A stretch of DNA of 58,948 nucleotides, the filler included. It is 5 parts of 5 records of this genome, joined end to end, with 100 filler letters (N's around TTAATTAATTAA, not from the genome) between each part and the next. Parts side by side here need not be neighbours in the genome. Positions count along the whole stretch, not along the records: positions 38,412 to 43,970 come from SRR2962707_761; positions 44,071 to 58,948 come from SRR2962707_763; 3 more parts are not named here. One strand, 5' to 3'. The position numbers and the translations under genes were made by a program. Positions 38,826-48,367 of this stretch are shown here, one piece after another (the first letter of the stretch is position 1; each line of letters begins with the position of its first letter). Under the pieces are notes generated by a model. The model made no database searches. It was not told where the DNA came from and was given only the letters and a program-made list of their open reading frames with translations.

Positions 38826-41445
38826 ATGTCGATGAATTTCGTTGACGACAGCGACGACGACAACGACGAAGGCTGTGGCTACGAAGATGCGGAGCAAGAG
38901 GCGTGGCGTGAGCCCGAGTACGTGACGGAGCAGTTCTCAGGGACCGAGCGCACCCACAAGCTCGTGGACAAATACGAGGGCTCCAGCAGCTCGAAGCGGC
39001 GTAAGAGCGCGATGAAGAAAGTCACGGACACGATGCAGTTTCCGGAAGACCATCCGGTGGCAATCCGGGGGCTGGGCTTCATGGACGCAGTCTATGAGCT
39101 TGGGAAGACGCAGGTTCGTTGGCGGGTGCACGGTGGTGCGGCTGCGCTCGTGTTGGGGAAAACGTGCGCGGTGTGTCAACAGCAGCCAACCGCTGACTTT
39201 TGCTTGTTGCGTTTCCTTTCTTTTTTGTTTTCGTGTCCGTGCTCCACCTCTTGTTTTGCATGCCTGCCTATGCTAGGGCCAAAAATTAATCCTGGTGGCA
39301 GCTGCTTGCTTCTTCATCGCTTGCCGGCTGAGCTCGTCACCAATTACGATCCGAATGGAAGACATTGCTCACGCGCTGGTCAACGCCGGGTTTTCGCTTT
39401 GGTACCTCAAGCCCAAAAAATTCAAAGTGGAAAGCAGTGGGGAGCGCGCAAACCCGGCGAAAAGAATACGAAGTTCTGGAGGCGTGGCCGCCACCAGCTC
39501 ACAGTCACGTGTTGCATCCGACGATGCTGTGAAAGCCCAATGCTCCACAGCACGCTGTGCCCAAAGCATGTCCTCGGGTGAGGCCACTCCGAGCGTGTCA
39601 ACTTCAACAAAGTCGGACTCGGACTCGCCAGACCCGGACACGGGGACCAGACGGCAGCCATTCACCACAGAGATGGGCAGCACCTCCAGCGTAAATTCCG
39701 CAAATACAGACTCTGGAAACCAGACAGTTGCGTGCAACGAAATGACTCGACTGTACCGGATGAAGACTACTATCGTGCAAGATCTGCTCGCCTGTGGTCG
39801 ACTGCATCCTTCGGAAGCACGCGCTGTGACAGAACAACCCTGGGAACGCAAGCTAGAGAAGGTTCGTATTCCTCTGCATGTCAAGCAAGTTGTCAGTGGA
39901 CCGCCAGTTTTTTCAATCGTTTGTGGTTGTCTGAATCCCAGGCTGTGTCGAGTATTCGCGTAAAGCGAGGCCAGCAGGGAGATATTGATGGCGGTCCTGG
40001 CATGCAGCTGATGAAAGATCTTGCAAAGGAAATTCTTCAATATGTTCATCTGGACGACTTCGGCGACGGGATTAATCCACACATTGTGATTGCGGCTGCC
40101 ATGATTGAGGTGCGTGGCCGCGCCGTGCATGACAGCTGCGCACAGGGCCATCGTTTCTTGTCTGCTTCAACTCCTGGCCTTTCCCATGGTTCATGTACTG
40201 TCCTTTCGGATTGTAGGCACGACGCAGAATGCTCCCCTCATCGCCCATGAGTGAAAAAGGTGCGTGGCGGCTTCAGTATGCACCGGCATGCATTCCTGCA
40301 AATCAGTTGATATATTTAACAATCTGGGCCGTCTATGTCGATGTCCCGCAGAGATTTTTGAACACTTCCGGGACTTGGGAACTGAGCGAGCCATTCTGAA
40401 GCGACGCGTTCTCTTGACAAAGAAGCTGGACGTGTGGTTAAGACGGCAACTGTCGTCGCAACAGGTCGGCGTTATTCCAGCCGAGCCGAAAGCGTTTTTG
40501 AGATTACTTGAGGAAGCGAACTACATGGGTGAACAACGTCGCCAGCAACTTCACACCAAAAGTCTGGAGGTTGGTAGTGTTGGTGCCTCTGCACTCGCCC
40601 ACCTTGTCAGGACGCCTCCATTCAACACTGCCTCGATGTGCATCGCAGATACGACAGGAAATCTTTGTTCGGCGCCAAAGTGAAGCTCAACCGATGCGAA
40701 AGCCCGCTTCTACGCTGAAAACGTTGAAAAATATTGATCCTGGGCGCCTCACCGAGCGCCAGAGCAGGTGCGTAGCTGAAACCGATCATTGCGGAATGCC
40801 GAGTTTGGCACCATTTACACTCGCCCTGCGTGCCTTTGATGATGTGTCAGCATTGAGAGCACAGACAGCATTGGCGAGGATCCTTTCAGCCCGCAAACTT
40901 TGGATTCACTATTTGTGGATGGTGTCAAGCTCGCTAATGATGGGTTCATGCGTTTGTCAAAGGGCGACAATGTGAACGAGGGCGTCGATGTGAACGGCGA
41001 AAGCGTAGGTGTCGCAGATACAACTCATTTTAGTCCATCAGCTGGTGTCAAAACGGGCGATTGCCGAGCCAAGCCGCAGCCCGCAACGACCGCGGTGAAC
41101 ACGATAGACCCCCCAACGATTGTTGGCAAATCCCCTTGCAATCAATCACACGCGAAAGCTCATTCTATTCCAGAACATGCGGGAAAGAATACGGCCGCCA
41201 GCAACGCTGTCGACTCTGTGAAGAGCTGCACGGCCTCAATTGAACCCGGCCGTTCTTTGGAAGCATCCCTAAAGTCGGTGCCTTGTCCAAATTTTGCTCC
41301 GAAAAAACTCACACAAATTGATCGTGCGCCGTCAGCTGCAACCGAAGCCAGTGAACGCGCACGACCTGCAACAGCACTGGATCTCGCAGTGCAACGCGCT
41401 GGGGGACTATCAAGTGTCGACGATGGCACTGATGCAGCCTGGTGA
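38826..41445 (+). CDS. Spliced eukaryotic gene, TFIIB/BRF-like cyclin-fold protein
   Basis: GT-AG exons with consistent phases: 38826-39113, 39277-39861, 39942-40109, 40217-40259, 40352-40569, 40649-40767, 40851-41445. Splicing yields VYELGKTQGQKLILVAAACFFIACRL and AKEIL...GINPHIVIAAAMI, resembling the two TFIIB cyclin repeats. The 5' end is uncertain. Confidence 0.55.
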
Positions 41446-41557
41446 CCTCGTTGATCATGTAAAGAATTTTCAAACTTTACACATATTATTTGTCCTCGAA
41501 AATGCCCATTCGATTGTGATTACTCGCGTTCGCGCCCCCAAGCCGCTTTTGTGCATA

Positions 41558-43922
41558 TCACCTTGAGTTCCCAGTGCGAGAGTAATAGCTTTTCACCCAA
41601 TGACTTTTCTGTCCAATCTGCAAACAAACAAGCAACCACGAAGAGACCATGCATTCGCATGGGCCACGAAAGACGGGAGAACATTTCGTAAGCAAGCTAT
41701 TTCCCAATTCCCCGCTACACGACACTCACGAGTGCCTTTTGCAATGTGTCGCGAAGTGCTTGCACAGCTGGCTTCTCGGTGTACTTTTCATCAAACGGCA
41801 ATGGGTGAAGTCCTGAAACAGCGACGCAAATGCCCGCGGATGGAATCAGCAAACGAAATCAGCAACGCCGCAAACACAAATGGTGTTCCTTTCGGTGTAC
41901 CTTTTCGCCACGTATGAGCATCCGTGAAACCCCAAGTTTCAAAATTCTTACACGCAGGTGAACTCAAACAAGCATCCAGAAGCGCTGCATACACCTCTGC
42001 CTGCAATTCGAATGAACAGACTTCAAACCCGCGTGTGCGCTTGCAGAAGGAAATCGTTCTGGTTGGCGAGCAATTGTAATGCACGTACCTGCTTTTGTTC
42101 ATCTACGGAAGTCCACGACTGGCAAACTTTAGGGTCTGACCCTGGCTTAGCGACACATGCGACATCAACTTCTGTCATGTGAACCTCAATACCAATGTCA
42201 TGGTAGCTGGAGACGCAGCGGTACAAAAAAAAGGGCCAAGTGGTTAGATAAGCACGGGTGGGCACGCATGAGTGCAGTCACAGAAGCGGAACCAACCGTG
42301 CAATGTTGCTTGAGACGCCTGCAACCAGGTCGTAGTCAACCGCCACATGCAGCTAATGCCCAGCCAATGCATATGCAAAGTTGGTCACTCTACAAATTCC
42401 CTTATTAAAATCGAAAAGATGCACAGCAACTGCACTGCACACTTGTCCAACGAACTTGCAAGCCGACGCCATCAATCGGAATTCCTCGCGCCTTCATATC
42501 TTTGACCATATTGAACCTGGTTCAAGGTTGGTCGTGATGAGAATGTGTCGAAACAGATAAAATCAGCACGGCAGAGCAGGCATAAAGCACAAAGGCAGCG
42601 CACATTTTGTCGGACTTTGCCTGCGAGAAACCGAGGCTTGAGGCCACATTGTAATCATTGTAAAACAGCTTCACCTCGTCACCACCTGCTGCGCGAGCGG
42701 TCGTGAACGCAAAATCCACGTAGTCCGGAACGGCTGGATACCTGCATCCGACGGTACCACAGCAGCAGGCGCCAATAATGTCAGCTTCTGTCGACTGCAT
42801 AAATCACCGTGAAACACAGAACCCTCCAAAACTCTCACCAAGTGTTGTTTTTGAACAGCGGGTGCTTTCCTTCATCAAGTGCTTCGTTGACCACATCCCT
42901 GCAAAGCGCATTCAACTGACAGGGTCAATAACGCATGCACAGCGAAATAAAAAAGCAAAGGCACGAAACAATAAACCATACCAGCCGTACACAGCTTCGC
43001 CGTAGTGGGGAACCACAGTGTCGATGTGGGCTTTCAAGGCAGCGCGAAGTTCATCGCCGGAAAGTGGCAGAAGCCAATCAGGGTTATTACTTCCCCAGCA
43101 CAAGTTGTGTCCTTGCATTCGAACGCCAAAACAATCAGAGTATCCCAAAGAGTATTTCATTCAACAAGATTCTATCCGCTTGCACAACCGGACAATCAAA
43201 AACGACCAAGTCACGACACGCTCGTCAAGAAATACAAACCACGAAAAGTTTGATTCACGTGCTCTTGGCGTGTCCTAACATGAAAAAAAAAAACATTCGC
43301 AAAAAGCAACCATTATGCCTGTGAATGTGAACGACCTTTCAATGTAGAGATGATTGACGAAAACATTGTGGGGCGATTGACCACACGACAGGGCAATGGA
43401 GTATTCGTTAATTGCCGCACCAATGAGGAAACAAACGGCTCACCAGTTCAGCACAGCATCACAGCTTGAAAAGTTGAATTGACCTTTTAGTGGCTCTGTC
43501 GCTGCCCACTTGCACGAATTCTCTGCTGTCACGAGTGAATACTGAGCAGCCAGCAAGCTTGAGTAAGGAGCGCAATCGGGGGCAGACCCATCAAGCTGTG
43601 GTGCACAACAAACGCAACAGAAAAAAGAATGATAAAAAAAAACAGAATAAAAAAACAGAAAAAAAAGAAAGCACAAGCCATGAAACGAAATCATTCGTCT
43701 CGGGGCGAGGAAACAAAGAAAAATAATGGGCGGCCGTACCTCGTGGGCATTGGCAGCGGCTCCGAAAAAAATCCCAAGATTCGCAGCAAGCTCGCGCAGC
43801 GACGGTGCATCTGCGTCTGCCGGCACACTAGCTTCCACTAGCAAACCATCTGCTGCTGCCATCGCCACCACTGCCATTGATGCTGCCCATGCCAACAACC
43901 CAAAAGCAGCAGCCGCTGGCAT
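41558..43922 (-). CDS. Spliced eukaryotic glycoside hydrolase family 10 (endo-beta-1,4-xylanase-like), 12 exons
   Basis: Exons 43922-43740, 43595-43444, 43274-43240, 43111-42982, 42898-42839, 42741-42604, 42516-42456, 42352-42297, 42206-42089, 42000-41901, 41812-41730, 41617-41558, all GT-AG and phase-consistent. Motifs TAENSCKW, FRGHNLCW, WDVVNE, LFYNDYN, IDGVGLQLH, HMTEVDV, TWGFTD and PFDEKYTEKPA, plus a signal peptide. The last exon is less certain (alternative stop at 41715). Confidence 0.9.
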
Positions 43923-43970
43923 TTTCCACTCCTGCGTAAGAAAAATACGAAAAAAAAAAAAAAAAAAAAA

Positions 43971-44070
43971 NNNNNNNNNNNNNNNNNNNNNNNNNNNNNN
44001 NNNNNNNNNNNNNNTTAATTAATTAANNNNNNNNNNNNNNNNNNNNNNNNNNNNNNNNNNNNNNNNNNNN
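43971..44070. other. Artificial contig linker
   Basis: N-run + TTAATTAATTAA + N-run. Confidence 0.98.
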
Positions 44071-44071
44071 T

Positions 44072-44209
44072 ATCGCTCCTGATCATGTGCATGAAGATGC
44101 TGACACAATAGAGCACGTCATCACTCCTGAACTGGAGCAACGATTAGAAAAATTACTTGACTATCCGGAAGCGGATCCGCATTCATCCATCATACCTTCA
44201 AGAAATTAA
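44072..44209 (+). CDS. C-terminal DtxR/MntR dimerisation-domain fragment (5'-truncated)
   Basis: IAPDHVHEDADTIEHVITPELEQRLEKLLDYPEADPHSSIIP matches the DtxR pattern 'VH.EA..LEH...L..P..DPHG..IP'. Confidence 0.8.
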   Translation: MAPDHVHEDADTIEHVITPELEQRLEKLLDYPEADPHSSIIPSRN

Positions 44210-44309
44210 CAATTAATAATGAGGAATGATCAATGTGTAATTAACTAATATCAAAGAGTAAATCATCAATTAACAACTATAAATAAACAATGAACAATGA
44301 TTAATTGAG
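44204..44309 (+). repeat. Degenerate heptamer tandem array (AATKARY) upstream of the four-helix-bundle gene
   Basis: AATTAAC AATTAAT AATGAGG AATGATC AATGTGT AATTAAC, then 15 nt, then AATCATC AATTAAC AACTATA AATAAAC AATGAAC AATGATT AATTGAG followed directly by ATG. Confidence 0.75.
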
Positions 44310-44660
44310 ATGACAAGACAACCCAACATCATACTAGACAAGTCATTTGAATTTGCTGTGACTATTATTGAGACGTACAAAACATTAACCAGTGAGTCAA
44401 GAGAATTTACTCTTTCTAAGCAGCTGCTAAGAAGTGGCACTTCCATTGGCGCAAATGCTGAAGAAGCAGTTGGAGGTTATACAAAAAAGGACTTTAAGTA
44501 CAAGATGGGAATCGCATACAAAGAAGCAAGAGAAACCATGTACTGGCTCAAGCTCTTAAAAGAAACTAAGTATATTCTTGCCAAAGATGCAGATCTATTG
44601 ATCGCTAACTGCGAGGAGTTATTAAGAATATTATGGAAAATCATCAAGTCATCGGAGTAA
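44310..44660 (+). CDS. Four helix bundle protein (23S rRNA IVS protein / TIGR02436 family)
   Basis: KSFEFAV...LSKQLLRSGTSIGANAEEA...DF.YK...AYKEARETMYWLKLL. Confidence 0.93.
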   Translation: MTRQPNIILDKSFEFAVTIIETYKTLTSESREFTLSKQLLRSGTSIGANAEEAVGGYTKKDFKYKMGIAYKEARETMYWLKLLKETKYILAKDADLLIANCEELLRILWKIIKSSE

Positions 44661-44711
44661 TTATTCATTGCTCATTTTTAACTATTAATTGCTCATTATT
44701 AATTATTCATT
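44656..44711 (-). repeat. Inverted copy of the heptamer array downstream of the four-helix-bundle gene
   Basis: The minus strand reads AATGAAT AATTAAT AATGAGC AATTAAT AGTTAAA AATGAGC AATGAAT AATTACT. Confidence 0.78.
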
Positions 44712-44716
44712 GAGAA

Positions 44717-45556
44717 ATGGATTCTTTTTGGATCATATTGACCGGATCATTAGTGGCAGTAAGCTGTGCACTGCTTGGCACCTTCCTTATCCTGAGAAAG
44801 ATGTCGATGGTGGGTGATGCTATTTCACATTCTGTTCTTCCGGGAATTGTAATCGCTTTCTTTATTGCCGGAAGCATGCAATCCATCTGGATGCTCGTGG
44901 GGGCAGGAATTATTGGAGTCCTCACAACCTTCCTCATTGAATTTTTTCATCAAAAGGGTCGGCTTCAAACAGACGCCTCAATTGGTGTGACCTTCACTTG
45001 GCTATTCGCCTTAGGAGTAATTCTGGTTACCTACTACGCAGGAAATGCACACATTGACCAGGATTGCATCCTTTATGGAGAAATAGCTTACGTACCGATT
45101 GATTTGATCTACGACAGTTCTGGTAATCCCATTGGTCCAAAAGCTGTGATCATCCTTGCTGTTGTACTTCTTCTCATAGTATCATTCATCATTGCCTTTT
45201 ACAAAGAACTCTTTATCACCACATTTGATGCTTCCTACGCAAAAGCCATTGGGATAGCAACCAACAAATGGCATTATGCCTTGATGGGATTGGTATCATT
45301 AACCACTGTCGCTTCATTTGAATCAGTCGGTGCAATACTGGTCGTTGCACTTTTGATTGCACCTGCAGCATCAGCTTACCTGATTACCCATCAGCTGAAA
45401 TTAATGCTTGTATTGAGTGCTTTATTCGGCATTTTAAGTTCAATCGGAGGATACTGGCTTTCTTATTTATTGGATGGCTCCATTGCTGGTGCCATGGTGA
45501 CCGTTTCAGGTTTTATCTTCGCCATCTGCTATCTGATTGTAAGAATAAGAAAATGA
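44717..45556 (+). CDS. Mn/Zn/Fe ABC transporter permease (ABC-3, MntD/TroD-like)
   Basis: LGTFLILRKMSMVGDAISHSVLPG and FESVGAILVVALLIAP. Confidence 0.93.
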   Translation: MDSFWIILTGSLVAVSCALLGTFLILRKMSMVGDAISHSVLPGIVIAFFIAGSMQSIWMLVGAGIIGVLTTFLIEFFHQKGRLQTDASIGVTFTWLFALGVILVTYYAGNAHIDQDCILYGEIAYVPIDLIYDSSGNPIGPKAVIILAVVLLLIVSFIIAFYKELFITTFDASYAKAIGIATNKWHYALMGLVSLTTVASFESVGAILVVALLIAPAASAYLITHQLKLMLVLSALFGILSSIGGYWLSYLLDGSIAGAMVTVSGFIFAICYLIVRIRK

Positions 45557-45924
45557 GAAAACTGCTTTTTACCTCTATTATAATTCTGCTTACCTCCTGC
45601 TACAACCAGCTGACTTTGGATGGTTTTGATAAGGAAAAATGGGCAAACCTAGCTGATTGCAGTGAATACCGTCTTGAGATTGCCGATTACCTCATTGAGA
45701 ATCAGGAAGTGCTGTTAGAGGGAACTCAAAATGAAGTGGAGAGCTTGCTAGGTCAGGCAGATGAGCATGAACTCTATCAACGGAACCAGAAGTTCTTTCA
45801 TTACCGCTTGACTCCTTCTGATGAATGCGGAAATTATGAAACACTCTCCTTCCTTTCTATTCGATTCAATGCAATCGGCAGGGCTAATTTGGTTCAGGTG
45901 ATGCTGCGAGAAAATGGAAAATGA
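45553..45924 (+). CDS. Hypothetical lipoprotein
   Basis: Lipobox LLTSC; GTQNEVESLLG is SmpA/BamE-like. Confidence 0.75.
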   Translation: MRKLLFTSIIILLTSCYNQLTLDGFDKEKWANLADCSEYRLEIADYLIENQEVLLEGTQNEVESLLGQADEHELYQRNQKFFHYRLTPSDECGNYETLSFLSIRFNAIGRANLVQVMLRENGK

Positions 45925-46144
45925 AAGACAAGATAGTACTGGACTTGAGTCAATTAATTCATCTTACAATCCTAAGAAAAGATCATTGTTATTCAGAATT
46001 ACCGCTTGGATAACACTGATAGTTATTCTTTTCATTCCACTTTCAGCAATCATATACGGACATTTTTACTACTTCTACTGCTATTGCTTTTGTGGGACTT
46101 ACTTTGATGAAATAGTCCGAGCTTTTGTTGAATTATTTCAGTAG
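45914..46144 (+). CDS. Small hypothetical membrane protein
   Basis: Overlaps the upstream stop. One TM helix followed by FYYFYCYCFCG. Confidence 0.5.
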   Translation: MENERQDSTGLESINSSYNPKKRSLLFRITAWITLIVILFIPLSAIIYGHFYYFYCYCFCGTYFDEIVRAFVELFQ

Positions 46145-46668
46145 CTAATCAACGAATGCACGTCTTCCGCATACGGCATGAGTGTTTCTTTTCCATGCAA
46201 AAACGATAGCTCAACGAGGAAAGAGAAACCTGCCACTACCCCACTGCATTTTCTGACCAACTCAGATGCAGCAATAGCAGTCCCACCTGTAGCTAATAGA
46301 TCATCATGCACCAAGACCCGCTGGCCTTCAAGAATTCCATCCTTGTGAATCTCTACTTCAGAAGAACCATACTCTAGTTGGTACTCGAAGGAATAGGTGT
46401 CTGCAGGTAGTTTTCCTTTCTTTCGAATTGGCACAAAAGGAATTTTCATTTTCTGTGCCAATGAATTACCCCAAATAAACCCCCTAGATTCAATACCAAC
46501 AACTACATCAATATGGTGAGGAGTCCAGTATTCGGCAAGTGCTGTTGTAATGTCAGCACTAAGAGCCACATCCTTCAAAAGTGGCGTGATGTCCTTGAAC
46601 ATAATTCCCGGCTTTGGGAAGTCAGGAACATCCCGAATGGATTGCTTGATACGTTCTTCCAGATTCAT
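46138..46668 (-). CDS. apt: Adenine phosphoribosyltransferase
   Basis: DFPKPGIMFKDITPLL, GIESRGF, RKKGKLP and HDDLLATGGT. Confidence 0.97.
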   Translation of the reverse strand: MNLEERIKQSIRDVPDFPKPGIMFKDITPLLKDVALSADITTALAEYWTPHHIDVVVGIESRGFIWGNSLAQKMKIPFVPIRKKGKLPADTYSFEYQLEYGSSEVEIHKDGILEGQRVLVHDDLLATGGTAIAASELVRKCSGVVAGFSFLVELSFLHGKETLMPYAEDVHSLISY

Positions 46669-46830
46669 TTGTCAGATCAGTGATTATAAAACAGGCACAG
46701 TATTTGGAACAGTTCTGCTAAAAAACTCAATCATTATGAAATGAGCATTAAAATTCATGAACGATTTTGTTAAACAGCGAATGAATTTTAATGTGAATTC
46801 CATGAGACAATAAATAAAAATTAAATACTC

Positions 46831-47217
46831 ATGAAAAGACTATACTTAATCCCTTTAATTCTTTTGATTGGACTGTCATCCGTCCAGGCGCAAAAGTTAT
46901 CTAAGATTCAGAAGATCCTGAATTCAAAGCAGAAGTGGACGGTCATCGATGTGAAGAGTAAACGTCCATATTTCGAGATTGGAGAGAATTTCACCATCCG
47001 CATAGATGGGAAATTTTATCATGACAGAAACAACTATGCTAAAATGGGTGGTGATTATACCCTCGACAAGAAGCAGTTGATTCTCACCTATGATTCCTTT
47101 ACTGAAGAAAGACGAAGGGTGCCTTACGTATATAAAATTCAGAAATGGGGTAAGAATGGCTTTAAACTCTCCTATCGAAATAAGTTTAATAAGAAAGAGA
47201 AAGTCTATCTTAAATAA
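46831..47217 (+). CDS. Secreted hypothetical protein (basic, beta-rich)
   Basis: Signal peptide ending SVQA-Q; followed by a terminator. Confidence 0.75.
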   Translation: MKRLYLIPLILLIGLSSVQAQKLSKIQKILNSKQKWTVIDVKSKRPYFEIGENFTIRIDGKFYHDRNNYAKMGGDYTLDKKQLILTYDSFTEERRRVPYVYKIQKWGKNGFKLSYRNKFNKKEKVYLK

Positions 47218-47218
47218 A

Positions 47219-47243
47219 GAAAGCCCGCATTTAGCGGGCTTTC
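47219..47243. terminator. Bidirectional intrinsic terminator
   Basis: GAAAGCCCGC-ATTTA-GCGGGCTTTC between convergent genes. Confidence 0.8.
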
Positions 47244-47248
47244 ATGTG

Positions 47249-48358
47249 TCAGTTCATTACATCATAAGCTCCTTTAAAAACCACCTCCTTGTTTTCCAGA
47301 TCACTAAAGTTCTTAATCTCAGTCCACTCACCCGAACGAATACCTGTTTGCACTTCAATCTTTTCAAACAAATCTTGATCTGTATTCACTTTATACAGAA
47401 TGAATTGAGCTCCATCCATGTCCACTATAGCTTCTGAAGGTAAAGCGTATGCATTGGTTGTCCCTACTTCAATACTGGCCTCAACGTACATCCCAACAAC
47501 CAACCCTTTGCTATCTTCTGGTAAATGTCCATGAACGTTTACTGAGCGTTCATTTTGATCGATAGCTTTCTCTATCATATGTACTTCACCTTCCAAAACT
47601 CGATCATCATTATCCACTTTGAATGAGATCTTCTGTCCTTCTTTCAATTTGGACACATCCTTTTCATACACTTTTAATTCAAGATGCATGTGCTCGGTAT
47701 TTATAATCTGAAGTGCCACATCCTGCGGTGACAGGTATTTCCCCTTGTTAATGGAAAGATCGCTAACAAAACCTGCTATAGGTGCACCCACTGGAACAGA
47801 ACTAACGATGGTACCTTTTTCGAGGGTATTGATATTTACCTTGATCAGTTCTAATTGCTCTCTCAGACTTTCCAGTTTCGCCTTCATCACCTGATAGTCA
47901 GATTCAGCTTGCTTGAATTTTTTCTCCGATGAAATAGACTCGCTTACCAGTTGCTTTTGCCGCTCATAGTCACTTTCAAGAAAACTCAATTTGCTTTTTG
48001 TTTCTAGATATGATTCCTGCATGGTGATGAACTCTGGATTCTGAATGGTAAAAAGTAGCTCTCCTTTTCTTACTTGTTGACCAGGTAAAAGATCCAGCTT
48101 TCTCACAAACCCTCCATGGAAGACATTGATAGATGCCCGATGAGTTGGTGGTACATCGATGATCCCTCTGGCTGTAACATATTGTGCAAGATCCACTTTC
48201 TTCAATGGGCCTGTTTCAATTCCAGATTTGCTTACCTGCTCTTTAGTCAGGCTAATCTGATTTGTCATCACTTCAGGTTCTTCAGCTTCGTTAGATGGAG
48301 AACTGCAAGAAACCATTACCAAGATAGAAAACAGAAATATGATTGATTTATAATTCAT
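47249..48358 (-). CDS. RND efflux periplasmic adaptor (CzcB-like) lipoprotein
   Basis: Lipobox VSC, then GQQVRKGELL, APIAGFV, HLELKVYEKD and GMYVEA. Confidence 0.92.
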   Translation of the reverse strand: MNYKSIIFLFSILVMVSCSSPSNEAEEPEVMTNQISLTKEQVSKSGIETGPLKKVDLAQYVTARGIIDVPPTHRASINVFHGGFVRKLDLLPGQQVRKGELLFTIQNPEFITMQESYLETKSKLSFLESDYERQKQLVSESISSEKKFKQAESDYQVMKAKLESLREQLELIKVNINTLEKGTIVSSVPVGAPIAGFVSDLSINKGKYLSPQDVALQIINTEHMHLELKVYEKDVSKLKEGQKISFKVDNDDRVLEGEVHMIEKAIDQNERSVNVHGHLPEDSKGLVVGMYVEASIEVGTTNAYALPSEAIVDMDGAQFILYKVNTDQDLFEKIEVQTGIRSGEWTEIKNFSDLENKEVVFKGAYDVMN

Positions 48359-48367
48359 GATGATATT

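Noticed and set aside
41558-43922. GH10 as a frameshifted bacterial pseudogene or part of the SusC/D locus
   Set aside because: Every interruption has GT-AG borders with consistent phase, and the gene is on a separate eukaryotic contig.
38436-43922. The many overlapping 60-260 aa ORFs in contig 4 as separate genes
   Set aside because: They are explained as exon/intron read-through or antisense frames of two spliced genes.
44204-44711. Heptamer arrays as a CRISPR array, or the Avd-like gene as part of a DGR
   Set aside because: The units are 7 nt with no spacers and there are no cas genes. No reverse transcriptase or TR/VR pair is present on the contig.
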